Positions 36,430 to 49,500 of a DNA stretch of 63,559 nucleotides are shown here, piece after piece. Below the pieces are notes generated by a model. The model had not been told where the DNA came from. It worked only from the letters and a program-made list of their open reading frames with translations, and made no database searches. Numbering within the stretch: position 1 is the stretch's first letter; each line of letters starts with the position of its first letter. The stretch comes from Callorhinchus milii (taxonomy: Eukaryota). The stretch is taken from the NCBI RefSeq assembly GCF_018977255.1, contig NW_024704747.1, positions 27,528,442 to 27,592,000 on the forward strand. Direction: 5' to 3'. Position numbers and translations under genes: made by a program.

Positions 36430-37700
36430 GGCGGGGAGGAGGGAGGGAGGAGGGGAGGGAGGGGGAGGAGCTGGAGCTGGCACTGTGCGCCTGCGCCTCT
36501 CAACCCGAGCCCCGCGCGCGCGCACGCGCGCGAGAGAGCTCCTGTTTAAACGGCCAACCGTCAGCCGGCAGCGCGCGAGCCGCCCGCCCCCTGGGGAAGG
36601 GGGTGGGGTTTCACGCCCAAATGGAGAGGGGAGGGGTTTGGCTGTCGTGTCGCGCCTTCTCCGAGACCTGAGCCCTTGAGCCCGGAGCCGCGCGCTGGCC
36701 CCGCCCCCTCCAGCTGCTGCTCCTCCTCCTCCTCCTCCTGTGTTTTAAACGCCCAACCCGGCAGCGCGCGAGCCGCCCGCCCCAGAGGCCCCGCCCCCTC
36801 CACCCCCCCACCACCAAAAGGGGGCGGGGCGGGTTTTGCCGTTGCGTCGCGCCTCTCTGAGCCCTGAGAGCTGAGCCGCGCGCTGGCCCCTCCCCCGTTT
36901 AAACGCCCAACCGTCACCCCCGATTTGAATCCCACCAGTCCAGGCTTCCCCGGGCGGGAGGCGCTCTCGCACCGACCGACCGACCGAACGACCGACCTCT
37001 TTATCTCCCCAAGCAAAACGGTCCGCAATTTGTCAGCGAACGAATGAAATGACCGACCCGACACGGGAGGGGGTTAATTTCTGAACCCGTGTGGGATGAC
37101 CCAGGACAACAAATGTTAACCCAACGTTTGGGGTCTCTTTTTTTTGTGTGTGAGGGGAAAAAATATCCCTCTCCTGGTTCTTTCTCTCTCCTCAAATACG
37201 CCCCTCGCCGTGTAAGTAAACCCGACCCGACCGGACTGACGGTTTTAAAAACATATTCTCGGTGGTTAGTCGGCGAATAAGACACGCATTGCGCCCCGTG
37301 TCAAATCGGCTGCCAGGTTCAGCGACAATATATGTATATATATATATATATGTACACACACTCACAGTCACTACAGTAAAGTTTCGCGGTCAATCCCGTG
37401 AAGACTTCCTTCTTTTAAGGCAAGTCGCGCTTCATTTCCCCTAAAATGTCGAGCTGGTTAAAAGCAAACGATCACCGTAGAGTTAATACAGCGCAGAAGG
37501 AGGCGGTTCGGCTCTTCGAAGGAGAGCCGCCCGAGTCAATCCCCCCCACACTCCCCCGCGCCCTCCCCCGTCCCGTAGCCCTGCAAACTGGTCCTCCCCG
37601 AACCACTGTCGATCAGGGCCGCTCCAGTCAGCCTCGTCCTCTTATTCCGGTTAAAACGCGCCGGAACATTCATTACCGCTGTTTTATCTCCTATTAACAT
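36430..37700 (-). promoter_or_regulatory. UMPS CpG-island promoter
   Basis: GC/CpG-rich, GC boxes, NRF1-like TGCGCCTGCGC at 36486-36496, degenerate repeated module at 36540-36920. Confidence 0.75.
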
Positions 37701-40700
37701 TCAGGACTCGATGAGTCTGGAAATAACCCGTTTATCGCGCGAAAGCAGACGGACGGGACAGTTGGTGCGAATGATTCGGTAAATGGTGCGCTCATTATTT
37801 TACATCAAAGTCCTTGCGGATGACGCTGCCCGAATTAATAAAGAGTCTCGTTTTGGATGTGAAAGTAAACCAAGGATTATTGCAGGCAGGACGTGTCACA
37901 AAACCGCAAAGCATGCGGTATTTTTTTTAGTCCGGGTCGTGACATTTGCTGGAAAAAATACCTGCAGATTTTTAGAAAATATTTTGGTAAGCAACATAAC
38001 TCGGCTGTTGAAAATAAGGCGCTCACACGGGAAGTTAGCCCGTCTGAAATTGACCTCACAAACCAAATCTCCCGTGGGGCTTGACGCTGTCTAAATGAGC
38101 ATGTTCCAAGGTCGTCAGGAGCCGTTTGCTGATTGCGCTAAGGTCAGCCTCAGATAGGAATGCAAGCAAATACCAAGGAGTTGAGCAAGAATGCTTAGTG
38201 CCATAAATAATTTAATATGAATAATGCTATTCACAAAGTGCCGCACTACAATTAATTGGTCAACCCATTTAATGTCTGTGGCAGACCTCAAGATTATCAA
38301 GCAAATTTTGTGCACGGTGCGCAGCGCAGCCCATTCATTTTGTTTAAGTATGGAATTTGATTTTTTTTAATGAGGCAGTGACTATACACCTTGGGGATGA
38401 TTACGAGGTTATATAAGATTAGTTGTAATGTTGCAGTTTTGTATGCATAAGAGAGGACTGAACTTTTAGTATGTTAAAGCTTGGTGCACGGGCTTTTAAA
38501 ATAGAGTTGACAGAATGAAAAGGTTGTGTTTTACTGAAAAGGGTAGCAGATATATTGATGTGATAACAGAGAAAAAGAAACACACTGCTCTGGCTGCCAT
38601 GTTCACCTTCAAAATATGCAGTCTATGTTTTGCAGTAAATCCTGCAAAGCCCCTTGAGACTTTCTTCTCAATGCAAGGATTATTTTTAAACATCAAGCTA
38701 ATTTAAGCAAATAAGGTGATTCCACACAAACACCCTGGAAAGATTTAGATGAAACCCACCTTTAATACTGTATTAAACATGTTTTCCACTTCAATACTAA
38801 ATTTGGCTTAGTAAATGAAAGAAAGGGACAGATATATTTAGAAACCAAGCATTTAATGTATTAAATATTCAATAGCAAACAGCCAGCACATGTGAAACAG
38901 TAAAGGCCCATTTTGGATTGTTGCAAACATGAATAACCAAAGCTTGTGATTTTTATGTGGGGCTCAAGCTATTTTGTGTAATATATTGAGTATACAGGAT
39001 GTTGTGCATGCAGTTTAAAATTTATATAATAAGCATATACACAGCTCATTAGCCTTTTAACGAGTACAAAGAAAATGTAGCGTTTCCTACAAAATGTCCT
39101 GCTTTCCAAAAATGACAACATATTTTATTTCCGTAAATTATTAAAAAAATGGAATATGTACAGCATATGCAGACTTTATATAACACTGAATAAAAAAAGA
39201 CATTTGCATCAAAGCTTAATGACTAATAAAAAAAAGGCTGATATGGAATAGTTGCTGAGGCAAGGAATTGATATACCTTAAGGCTTTAAAGCTGTATGTA
39301 CCCTTATTTAATACTATTGTGTAAAAATAAGCCATTACTGCTTAAAAAGTTGGCTTTAGAAATGCTCTGTTTGATCTGGTCACTTACTAGCACTAACTGT
39401 ACAGGATAGGATTACCTTTTGCAGAAATGTGATACATATTAAGCAGATAAAGGTAACAAGTCTCGAAGACAAAAATCAGCTAACATAAGCAGCACTTTCG
39501 TACACTAAACCTGACAACATTGCACACATTTGTTAAAATAACACTCTACAAACCGTGTATTCGTTGTTCTCAAGTACAATCTTGTGTGGGGTCACACTCG
39601 TAATTCTGATGACTTTAAAAATATATTAATGAAATGTTTGCAAAATAAGTTATTGCAATTATATATGCACCTATTTGTTTTTAAGTTATTACAATATAAA
39701 ATTAAATGTAAATATTTAAAATGAAATGAGTACCTCAATCCTAAAAGTCACATCATAGCACACAAGCAAAATAAATCTTAAACAAACGATTTCTCTTGAT
39801 TCATAACAAGAAAGAATTCTGCTCACATAGTATTTTAAAATGTGTGCCACATTACATACCACTATCAGGAGGTTACAGGTCAGCACATAGGATTAGACAA
39901 CCTATTAAACAAACCATAATAAAAACAGTTGCTGGGAAAAAAAGTTGCTTTAATATATCTGAAAATGAGCCTGTCAAGTTTAGTTTTAGTCAGATTTGTA
40001 ATATGATTGTGAAAGTTGCAAACAAAACAAATCCTCTATAAAGGTGTAGTGTGTTGATGCATTACTGATTCCTGCAGATTTTATTCATGAAGGTTTCAAA
40101 AATAACTAATTCTTATCTTGGGACTTGGCTCCTCAATCATGTTAGCACTCAACTCCCAACACCAATGTTTGTGAGTTTTCTCTACTCATACATTCAATCT
40201 GTTCTCTGCTCAGTGCCTCTTTATAACAGTACAATGCCCCACTGCACAGTGTGCCAGAGTTCCAGCACAAAGTAGACATATACATTTTCCATCATTTACA
40301 ATAAAAATCACACCAGAAGAGGAAACACACAATTTAAGATTATAGTAATCATTTTACGTGAAATAAACTATCCAGGGAGGAATGCAGGCAGATTGTGTCA
40401 GCAGATTCAAGAGAGAATTAGACAGCTACATGACACACAGACATATGGTATTTTCAGCTTCATGTATTTTGTGTTTAGTGTTTTCATTGTGTTATATTAA
40501 GTTTAATAATTTACTGGTCAATAACTCTCTTCTGCGTTAAATTGAATTACCCAGTATATGAAACATTGTGTAATCTTATTGGCTGACCCGTACCATGCAA
40601 CGATTTGGTCATGTGGTTGAATCACAAATCACTTTTACGAATAATTCAAATTGCATTCAATTTAAAACAAATGGCTTGTATGAATGGTATCATTCTCATC

Positions 40701-42184
40701 TTAAATCCACCATCAGTGATAATCTTCCAAAGAGATGTGTACCTCCCTCTGACAGGGAACAAGATGATTAATATGGTAGTTAAACTCTACACCTCTCGAA
40801 AGATTATTTTCTGACAGTCATTTAATTAAAAAGCAACATTTACAAAAAAAACATATCTTTGATATACAATAAGTGATTTTACACATATGAACCATTTTCG
40901 TTGATAGTACATCCTATAAAAGTCGCACGTTATAAATGCTTGTGTCACGATTATTGTAACATCTTAATGTTCATTGTATAGCAGATATGATTTGTTGCAT
41001 TAGTTTCATTTGACCCGTAGTTGGTGTAATTACTGATTGGTCTTTCAGGTACGATTCTCGATAGTAAGCTTTCATCTTCTCAAAGCTGTTGATCAATTAC
41101 GACTCAACAGTAGAAATATTTCCTATTCTTACAAGACTAGGTTGCAAACTACACTTTTTTGTGTACACTGTAGGATTCATCAGAGTGTATCTCTGAAGTC
41201 TGTCATCCACCGATTTAATTGGTTACTTTTGTGGTAGGAATTAAGCTCATATACATATGTTGTAATGGATAATACTCCAACAAATAGTTAAGATATTATG
41301 CTTAATAATTCACCTAATTTCCTTCACAATGTAAAGAAGGAATCAGACCCATCGTGTTCATTGCTCTAAGTATGGGACAAATGTGGTTTCTGGATTATGA
41401 TTGATTTGTTCGCCAAAGATATGTTTTAACTGGTGCATGGTGTGATTTGATCTGAACAAAATACTTCTGTAGTAAACTAAATCCTAACTTTATATAAAGA
41501 ATACAGTTCAAGATACCAAAATGCCTTTTGAAGACATAAATAAGGTAGAATAAAAACATACAAAACTAAAATTTACCTTATGCGCCAGTGACACATTTGA
41601 GTCCATTCACAATGTTGAATAGTAACTTTGGCCAAAGGAAAGAATAATAATAATGAGGCAGGAGTCAGCTCCATCCTTGTAAGTGCTCTGGGCCGCTACT
41701 CTGCGTGAAGGGTGCTATATAAATCCAAGTTTTTGTATCAGCACAATGTTACTGAAAGTCATTTGGTTCGAAAACAATAGAAGACAGGAAGAAGAATGGT
41801 ACAGTGTCTTAAAAACAAAATTCCTAATCAGCAGATTCAAGAGGGAATTTGATAGTTTCTTGAAAAATTGAAAAAGACTAATTTCTGAAAGGCATTTGGA
41901 TTAAACAAAATATTGACATTTTATTGAAGAGTGTAAGACTTGAAAAAGAAAAAAAATCTTTTTGTAAACAAAGGCCATTATAAAGTCTAATTAAATGCAC
42001 TAGGCATTCAAATCTGTTCTCATCTTGACATGAGTGATTTTAAATATATAAACACAAGTTTTAGAAAATGCCAGTAGGCTCATGTGGTAAGCCTGATTTT
42101 TAATATCCCCTTAATTAGATCCCAAAGGAAATTTTGTAGGTTTAATTGTGCGTGTGGATTGGATGCATCTGGTTCAATAATGAA

Positions 42185-42460
42185 ACATACAGATTAGGAA
42201 ATGTCCCAGGTTTGATCTCTGGTCTGTGATGAGTTTGCTGATCTCAATTGGGGTTGTGTTAGGAGTAATATAACTTCCCATTCCTAATTCCCTTCTAGTG
42301 ACTCCTTCAGGAAAGTATACAGATAATATAATAATAATAATAATGGATGTTGCATATGGACAGGGTTAATCTTGTGCATGATTTTTTCCACTAAATGCAG
42401 GAAAAATGATCTGTGAAGAGATAGGAACTAGCACCCATGTAATTGTACATCAATACCAAC
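42185..42460 (+). mobile_element. Ancient SINE-like remnant (UCON3-like)
   Basis: gtcccaggtttgatctctggtctgtgatgagtttgctgatctc resembles my recollection of UCON3; related pieces at ~33980-34130 and ~62760-62815. Confidence 0.45.
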
Positions 42461-42980
42461 TAATGCCTTTGTGATATAATTTGTGTGTTTAATGCTATTT
42501 CAGGGGAGCACAGATAGGCCAGTTAACCTTTAGCGAACTATGGCAACATTGCTTCATCATTATATGCTAAATCTAATAGGGCTATCATTCAATGTGCTTT
42601 GTTCAGAAAATACTGTACTCATCATTCTGTACATTTTTTTGCCTAACACCTTTCGGGATTCATTGCAGAATTTTCCGGGATTCAAATTTGCACACGCTAT
42701 ACACAATACAAACCTATATTTCACAGCTACAAACATATTTCAGTGCTCAATGGGTTAAACTGCATATCATCACTCAGAAATTTAAAAGATTTAAATTTTC
42801 TGCGGAAAGCCTTTGAAGATGGTGCTTCAAAAATATTCTAGAATGATGTACACCAATTTAAATCTATTCTAATTGTGCTCAGTCTCACTACACCAGCAAC
42901 TGATACCAGTACATTGTCTGTTTAGCACGTTAGTAACTCAATGAGTACAGGGCACCGATGTAAACCATCCATCTGAAGTT

Positions 42981-43526
42981 TCACATCCTTGATCCTAGAT
43001 TTCTTGGTAAGTAGGTCTTCAAGTTACTGACAGGACGCACGTCATTCTGATGTCTACGTCGCTCGATAAACAGAGCCAATCTTGAGGTATCCAGTGGAGT
43101 TCTGGAGTAGCTGTCATTGTGAGGATGGAGCCAAGGGTTCTGCAAACAAGTGGCAGCTGTGGGTCTCCATCGGAAGTCTCCCTGAAGCAAAGCTCTTATT
43201 AAGTCTCTTGCAACGTCACTGACTCCCTGAAAATATTGATCGGGGAAACTAAAATCCAGTCGACAAATATTCAGACAAGTTTCCTCTATACTCTCATCCA
43301 GGAAAGGGGACACGCCACTTAACATGACATAAGTCAGGACTCCAACACTCCAAATGTCTGTGCTCAGTGAAACGGGGGATCCTTGGATAACTTCAGGAGC
43401 TGCAAATTCAGGATTTCCCAGCAATTGATGGACATAATAATGGGTTGTGATCTGAACAGCGTCCCCCAAATCTATGAGCTTGACACGTGGCACGGGTGTG
43501 TGGAGATCAATCAGCAGGTTTTCTGG
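42981..43526 (-). CDS. KALRN: KALRN terminal exon (kinase C-lobe)
   Basis: PENLLID...DLG...GNPEFAAPE...DIWSVG...LGSRM*. Confidence 0.95.
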   Translation of the reverse strand, partial: PENLLIDLHTPVPRVKLIDLGDAVQITTHYYVHQLLGNPEFAAPEVIQGSPVSLSTDIWSVGVLTYVMLSGVSPFLDESIEETCLNICRLDFSFPDQYFQGVSDVARDLIRALLQGDFRWRPTAATCLQNPWLHPHNDSYSRTPLDTSRLALFIERRRHQNDVRPVSNLKTYLPRNLGSRM

Positions 43527-46500
43527 CTGTTGAGAAATCAATGAATAAACCTGAAACGCTGTGTGTGCACTTCACTCAGGGCAGTGTGAATCCTTATTAT
43601 TGATTTGTGGCTCAATGAAACCAGCGCTGTTCATCAGTGATTCATCAATTCAAGCATGCCATAAGGTTTTCTTCCCTCCCCTCCGCCCCACACACCATGC
43701 AAAAATATCTTTCTCTTCATTTAAGCTACGCTCTATTTCCTAGCTGATAGCATAAACAGGAAAGTTACTCTCAGGACTTTTCCAATGTTTTTTTCTGCAC
43801 CAAAGAATGTTTTTTTTCAATTAAATGAAAAGAAGCTATATTGAAATCAAGTGCCATTAAAATTGCTTGATGGTAGGAATTATGTAGACAGGGTCAGGAA
43901 AGATCACAATAGCAAAAACTTTGCATTAAATCCTGCTTGAATCAAAGAACTATCTTAAATTATTTACTTGTTCTTATGCAAATAGACATTACACTAAGAA
44001 AGAAGGCAAACTTATGACTTTAACACTAAACAGTACCATAAACATCTTACAACATTTTATGAACATTTGTACAATTATAGAATTTCACAATATATATATA
44101 AATATTCAACAGAAGAATAAGAATTTGGAATTAATTTCAATGTAATTCTGAATACTCTATCCAGCAATTTCCTACAAGATTCAGGTCTAAATCCAGTAAC
44201 TGAATTCCTGAAACAAGTGATAATTTAGTTTCAGTCTTACCTTCAAGTCCAAATGAGCAACCCGGCAATTGTGCAGATACTGAAGAGCTTCCAGTGTATC
44301 CCGGATGTAAAAAGCAACTCTTTCCTCCAAATGTTCCCCTTGATTTACCAGAAATTCTAGTAGGCGACCATTCTCTAAGCTTCAAGCAAGAGAAAAAGGA
44401 TGAACCCTCAAACATGGAATTCAAAGGACATAGTGAGTTATCTTAAATATGTACACTAAGCTGATAGAGGCAGAAAAAACAGATTAAATCTGGTTAGATA
44501 GCAAGCATGCGAAAAGCATTACTTCTGTGTCAAGACAAAATATTGACTAGCTTGGGGGGAAGCAAAATTGAGCCTTACAGTTCAAGCACTAAGATATAGG
44601 TGGTAGGTAGTTCGTATGTATCATATATTGTGGGGAACTGTGGGTGCTGAAGGTTCAGTAACATTGCTGCTTCATGAGCTACTTGATCCTTTTTTTTCAT
44701 TCTCTTGCTGATGAACTTGACAGCCACCTCCCTCTTGGTTGATCTTTGGGTGCACTTCTTCACAACAGAGAAGCGGCCCCTGCAATGCAGAACAACAGCA
44801 TTCAATAAAAACATACGACACACATCAAGTCTTTGCAATTGTATAATTCACAAATATCGTGGCAAAGTATTCTCTTCATAATTTGGGTGTGATTAGCGTC
44901 TAATAATAATAATAATAATCCTTGCATTTGATATAGCGCTTTTCACGTCAGGAGGACGTCCCAAAGCGCTTCACAGAACACACTGTAAAGTGAATTGACT
45001 GCATATTTGTGGGCGAACGCGGCAGCCAATTGCGCACAGCAATGTCCCACAAACAGTCGTAGATTGAAAATGACCAATTTATTATTGTTTTGGTTTTGGA
45101 GGGATTATTATTAGGCTCTGTGTGGAGTAAGGAAACTTGCCCAAGGTTTCGCCCTCTGCCTGGAATTGAACTCAGGTCTCTCGCTTGCAAAGCGAGTGCT
45201 CTAACCACTGAGCTACAGGACTCCACTAGGAGTCTAGGTTAAGAGTTGGGTGTTTGACATTTGTATCATGTATTTATTGTGAAAATATACATGATTTCGT
45301 ATTGGTGTTTGGTGACTTCAGCATACTGATGAAGAACTTACAGTTTATACAATGTATAGTATTTTCAGTATACTAACACAGAACCTAAACTTGCAACTAT
45401 AACGAAGTAACAACACACTGGATTTGAAAATCAGCTTGATACTGCGATGGGAGGTGGTAGGGTTGGTGCTTTGGAAGGATGAAATCAAATGGGCTTAAGG
45501 GCCTTCTCCATGCAAAATTCTCTTGTGAAATATGCCAAGTAAACGAGAGGGTACCGATTCTATGGATTGAGGAATCAACTTGAATTGCAGCAATTGGACC
45601 TTTATATCAAATAGACCAATTTGACTCAAGTGAATTCGGAATCGGGTTTACTGCAACCTGGCCCAGGGGCGCTTATTAGGAAAGTACAGACATCTGAAAA
45701 TCACGCCAATTATACCTTGTGGATGATTATTGATATTATTATAGACAGGATGTTCCTATTGTATTAGTGTACCATGCGATTGTACATCAAAACAAAAGGG
45801 AAATGAAAAGAAAACGTTTTCAGTAAGAAAATAAAGTGAATGCCGCTTCACTTTAACTATGTGCATTGCAATACCTTCCAATTTCGAATAGCTCGATGTA
45901 AGCAGATTCAAAGTTATCCTTCCATGGTATTCTTGAATCATCAGTTGTTGAGTCTGAACAGACATTAAAGGCAATTAGAAGCAGCTTCAACACAGAGCAA
46001 ATTCTGAGTCATAATTAATCGAGTCAGTATAATTTTTTTCACAAACAATAATAATAGATTTTTCCTTACTTCAGTTACATTTGAAAGCATATTGTAAAGC
46101 AAAAATGAGTTTCTTAAATTATAAAGTTCATAATTGCTCCGGTTTACAATTACTCTTTGACCTTTTTTTATAGTATTTGGGTTACTGGAACTCAGCTACA
46201 CTTACCGTTGCTACAAGAGAGTGTAACAAAATCAGATGGCTCACTCGGTGAGCTGATTCCCCAGGGGTTACTTGCACTGACGCGGAACTGGTACTGACAG
46301 CCTGGAATCAGGTCCTCAATCACAAGGTAGGTGTCCAAAGTGGATGCTACAGATTGCTGCCATGACAGTGATCCTAAATATTGAAAGACTCAACATTTGT
46401 TTTCATTTCAGTGCAAGTTTTCAATTAAAAACAATCGTGAGATATTCAAAGCTAACAAGCCAAATGTAGTCATTTACAGAATAAGCTACTGACTTTATCT

Positions 46501-49500
46501 ACCAGAATATCTACCATAATAGTCTACGAACAGATGCAAGTTAATTGTTAGTTCTATCTTTAGTACATTAATGGAATGCAATGTTTAAACTACAGTAAGG
46601 AGTTAAAACTTTCAAGAACTATTTACTAAAAGAGAGTATTTCAATTCCTTGGTACCAGTATTCTGGTTTGATCAAGCTCATTTACACCAAAACCCACAAT
46701 GCCTAAATACACTTTGAGATAATGTGTATTTGCCCACTACTGAGTGAGAGATCAGCTTCACAAATTGTTTAATTTATCAATACAATATCATTAACAGAGT
46801 TAACACTCAGCACTTAAAATGCACTGTGTTTACAGATCGTACCTTCTTCCCTGTATTGGACAGTGTAGCTGGAGATGGTGCAGTTTCCTGTGCTGGCTGG
46901 AGGCAGCCACCTGAGAATGACTGAGCTGCTGCTTCTCTCCTGGGCTAAAGGGCGACCTGGTGCTGCTGGCACACCTGAGAACCAGAAACCGTATCAACAA
47001 GTTATATTTGTATAGTGCCTTTCACATCAGGATGACGTCCCAAGGAGCTACACAGTCAGGGATCCACACCTGAGCTGGTGGTTGGGGTCAGGAGGGTTTA
47101 ATCATAACAACTTGTATTTATATAAGTAGGAACCTAGTTGTTAGTCGATTGGCGGATCACTTTCTGGGGTTAATAATTCCTTTTTTAACAAAAATTTGAC
47201 GCTCAATCCATGACACTGGCAGAACATTTGAGTAGTTCAGCTCACTATCCCAATTAACATCAACTTGCATTTATATAGCACCCTTCAAGCCGGGTAGCAT
47301 CCCGGAACGCTTAACAGTGCCGCAGTCTGACTCCTGATTCAGAGTCAACAATAGTAGAGCAGAGACTCAGAAAGGAGACAGAGATCTGGAAGAAAACAAA
47401 GAAGGTATTCATAAGACTATTTGTTAACAATTGGGTCATTTGGAGGCATTTAGTTACCCTGCACTTTGATTGTAGCTGAAGACGATGCTGATCCGGTCTC
47501 ATTTACTGCCAGACAGCTGTAAATCCCACTGTCCTGTGGCATGATGTTACAGATTTTAAGCATGATCTCGCCTGAGTCGCTAGAAATTAATAACACATTA
47601 TTTCCTTCATGAAAGAAAAACAGAACAGTTTCTAAAAATAAGCCACATTATTTCAGGAACTTTTATTGCGCGTTAAACCCAACATGTTTTACACCCAACA
47701 ATATTTTTGTCCAAATATTTCAAACTCTTTCCCCCTCTTCCTGTTTGCTTGTCTCAATCCTTTGGAGCCAAATTGGCAATAATTAACCTGCTGAAAGAAC
47801 ACATCCCATGTCTCTCTTTGATCTGCTACGAGTTACCAAGATCAGCTGGGATGCCTCATGCTTTCTGAATTCCTGTGGCAAGGTAGCTGGTGTCTAATCC
47901 CCTGCTGGCATCACTTACATTGCAAGGAGTGAGTCTGGCCTGTGAATCTACAGCACATCAAGTTGGCCAAACAGGACCAATGTAACAAATGTTCCCATAT
48001 AGCAAGATTAACTTCTAATCACAACACATGGTAAATCCGGGTATTTTTGTTCATAAAGAATTAAAATATAAATATTTTATCTGGTGCATAAGACACTAAT
48101 GTTTGTATGGCCTGTGAGCTATAGAAAGAGAATTTTATGCCAGCGGTGGGACCTATACAACTGATTTATAATATGATGACAGCACAGAGTTCCAGTGCTA
48201 CACCTTTCACTATTACCTGAATGATATTGAGTAGCGGCTGTCATTGATGAGGACATTCTGATCTGGACCTTTCCAGCTAATGGTAGGTTTTGGTCGCCCA
48301 CACACTTTGCAACGTAATATGACAGTTTCTCCTATTGCACACGTTAAATCTCCCAGGGGAATAAGAAATTCAGGTGGAACTATGGGAAAGAAAAAACAGA
48401 AATAAAATTATATATAACAATAAGATTAGAAATTATTGTCAAACTACTTAGAAATCTTTTGTTATAAACTGACAACTCGTGAGAAATTCTAACATTGTAT
48501 TTCTAGTGAAAGATGTCTTACCTTCATGAATAAAATTTGGATTTAGCAACTGTGGAAAAATTAAAAGTTGTGGTAAGTATATTATTTAATATGGATTCAT
48601 ATTCTTAAAAGATTTGCCAACTCACTGGAAAGAATAGTTTATTAATGTTAAAACATAAATTGAAAATATTCCTGGATTTACCTATAAATACACTGTCACG
48701 ACATTTCACAATAATCTCAGTAACATCTTGCTTTGAGAAGGTTGGATGACATGATAAACCGCCATATCAAATGCAAGGATTATTATGTATAATAAAAAAG
48801 GGAAAGGCACAAAGTAAAACATTGCATTTTGCTGGTACCGTATAAATTGGTTCAATGCAAATATGAATTAATAAATATGAAGTATTGACATCTTATTCAT
48901 TCATATTGCTGTTTGACATCTGCAGTTCAAGCTGTGAGGAAGACAAAATGACCTAAAAATTAATTATAATGTGCGTACAGCAGATACCTGCGGCTAGTAC
49001 AAGCAGTCATTTAATCACATACGTCAAATGACTGAGAAAATCACAGAAGCGAGTTGGAACAGGCTGTAACATTTGAACCAGTCAATTAGATTCTTGCCTT
49101 GTAATCGCTTCCATAATTTTCTGCATAACATTCACAGTGTTAAGTGAGGTTTATGGCATCCAGTAATAAAGAATCAGCTCCACCAATATTTCTCTGAATC
49201 CATGGCTCTCGCAAAATCCTAAAGTGATTTAATTTGGGTTGGCCAGAGAACATATTTTAAAAATATATAAAGAGGTCAACCACTGCATAAAACATAACCG
49301 TGGAATCACTGCAGAATCTGAGATGACTGCAGTGTGATCCTGTTGGTTGCTGCATGTATTTAGAACAGATTTGCTAACGTTACTCACAGTCTACTGAAGA
49401 ATGCAGTAATATTTTCAGAATTAAGATGTGCTCTCCCGTAATTGACGAACTGTAAAATTTTAGTACTGAATTTGCAAAATGATCATAAATTAAACATAAT

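Noticed and set aside
35344-36525. 393-aa ORF with repeated peptides
   Set aside because: Only 36286-36429 is real (UMPS exon 1); the rest is GC-rich intron and minisatellite read-through.
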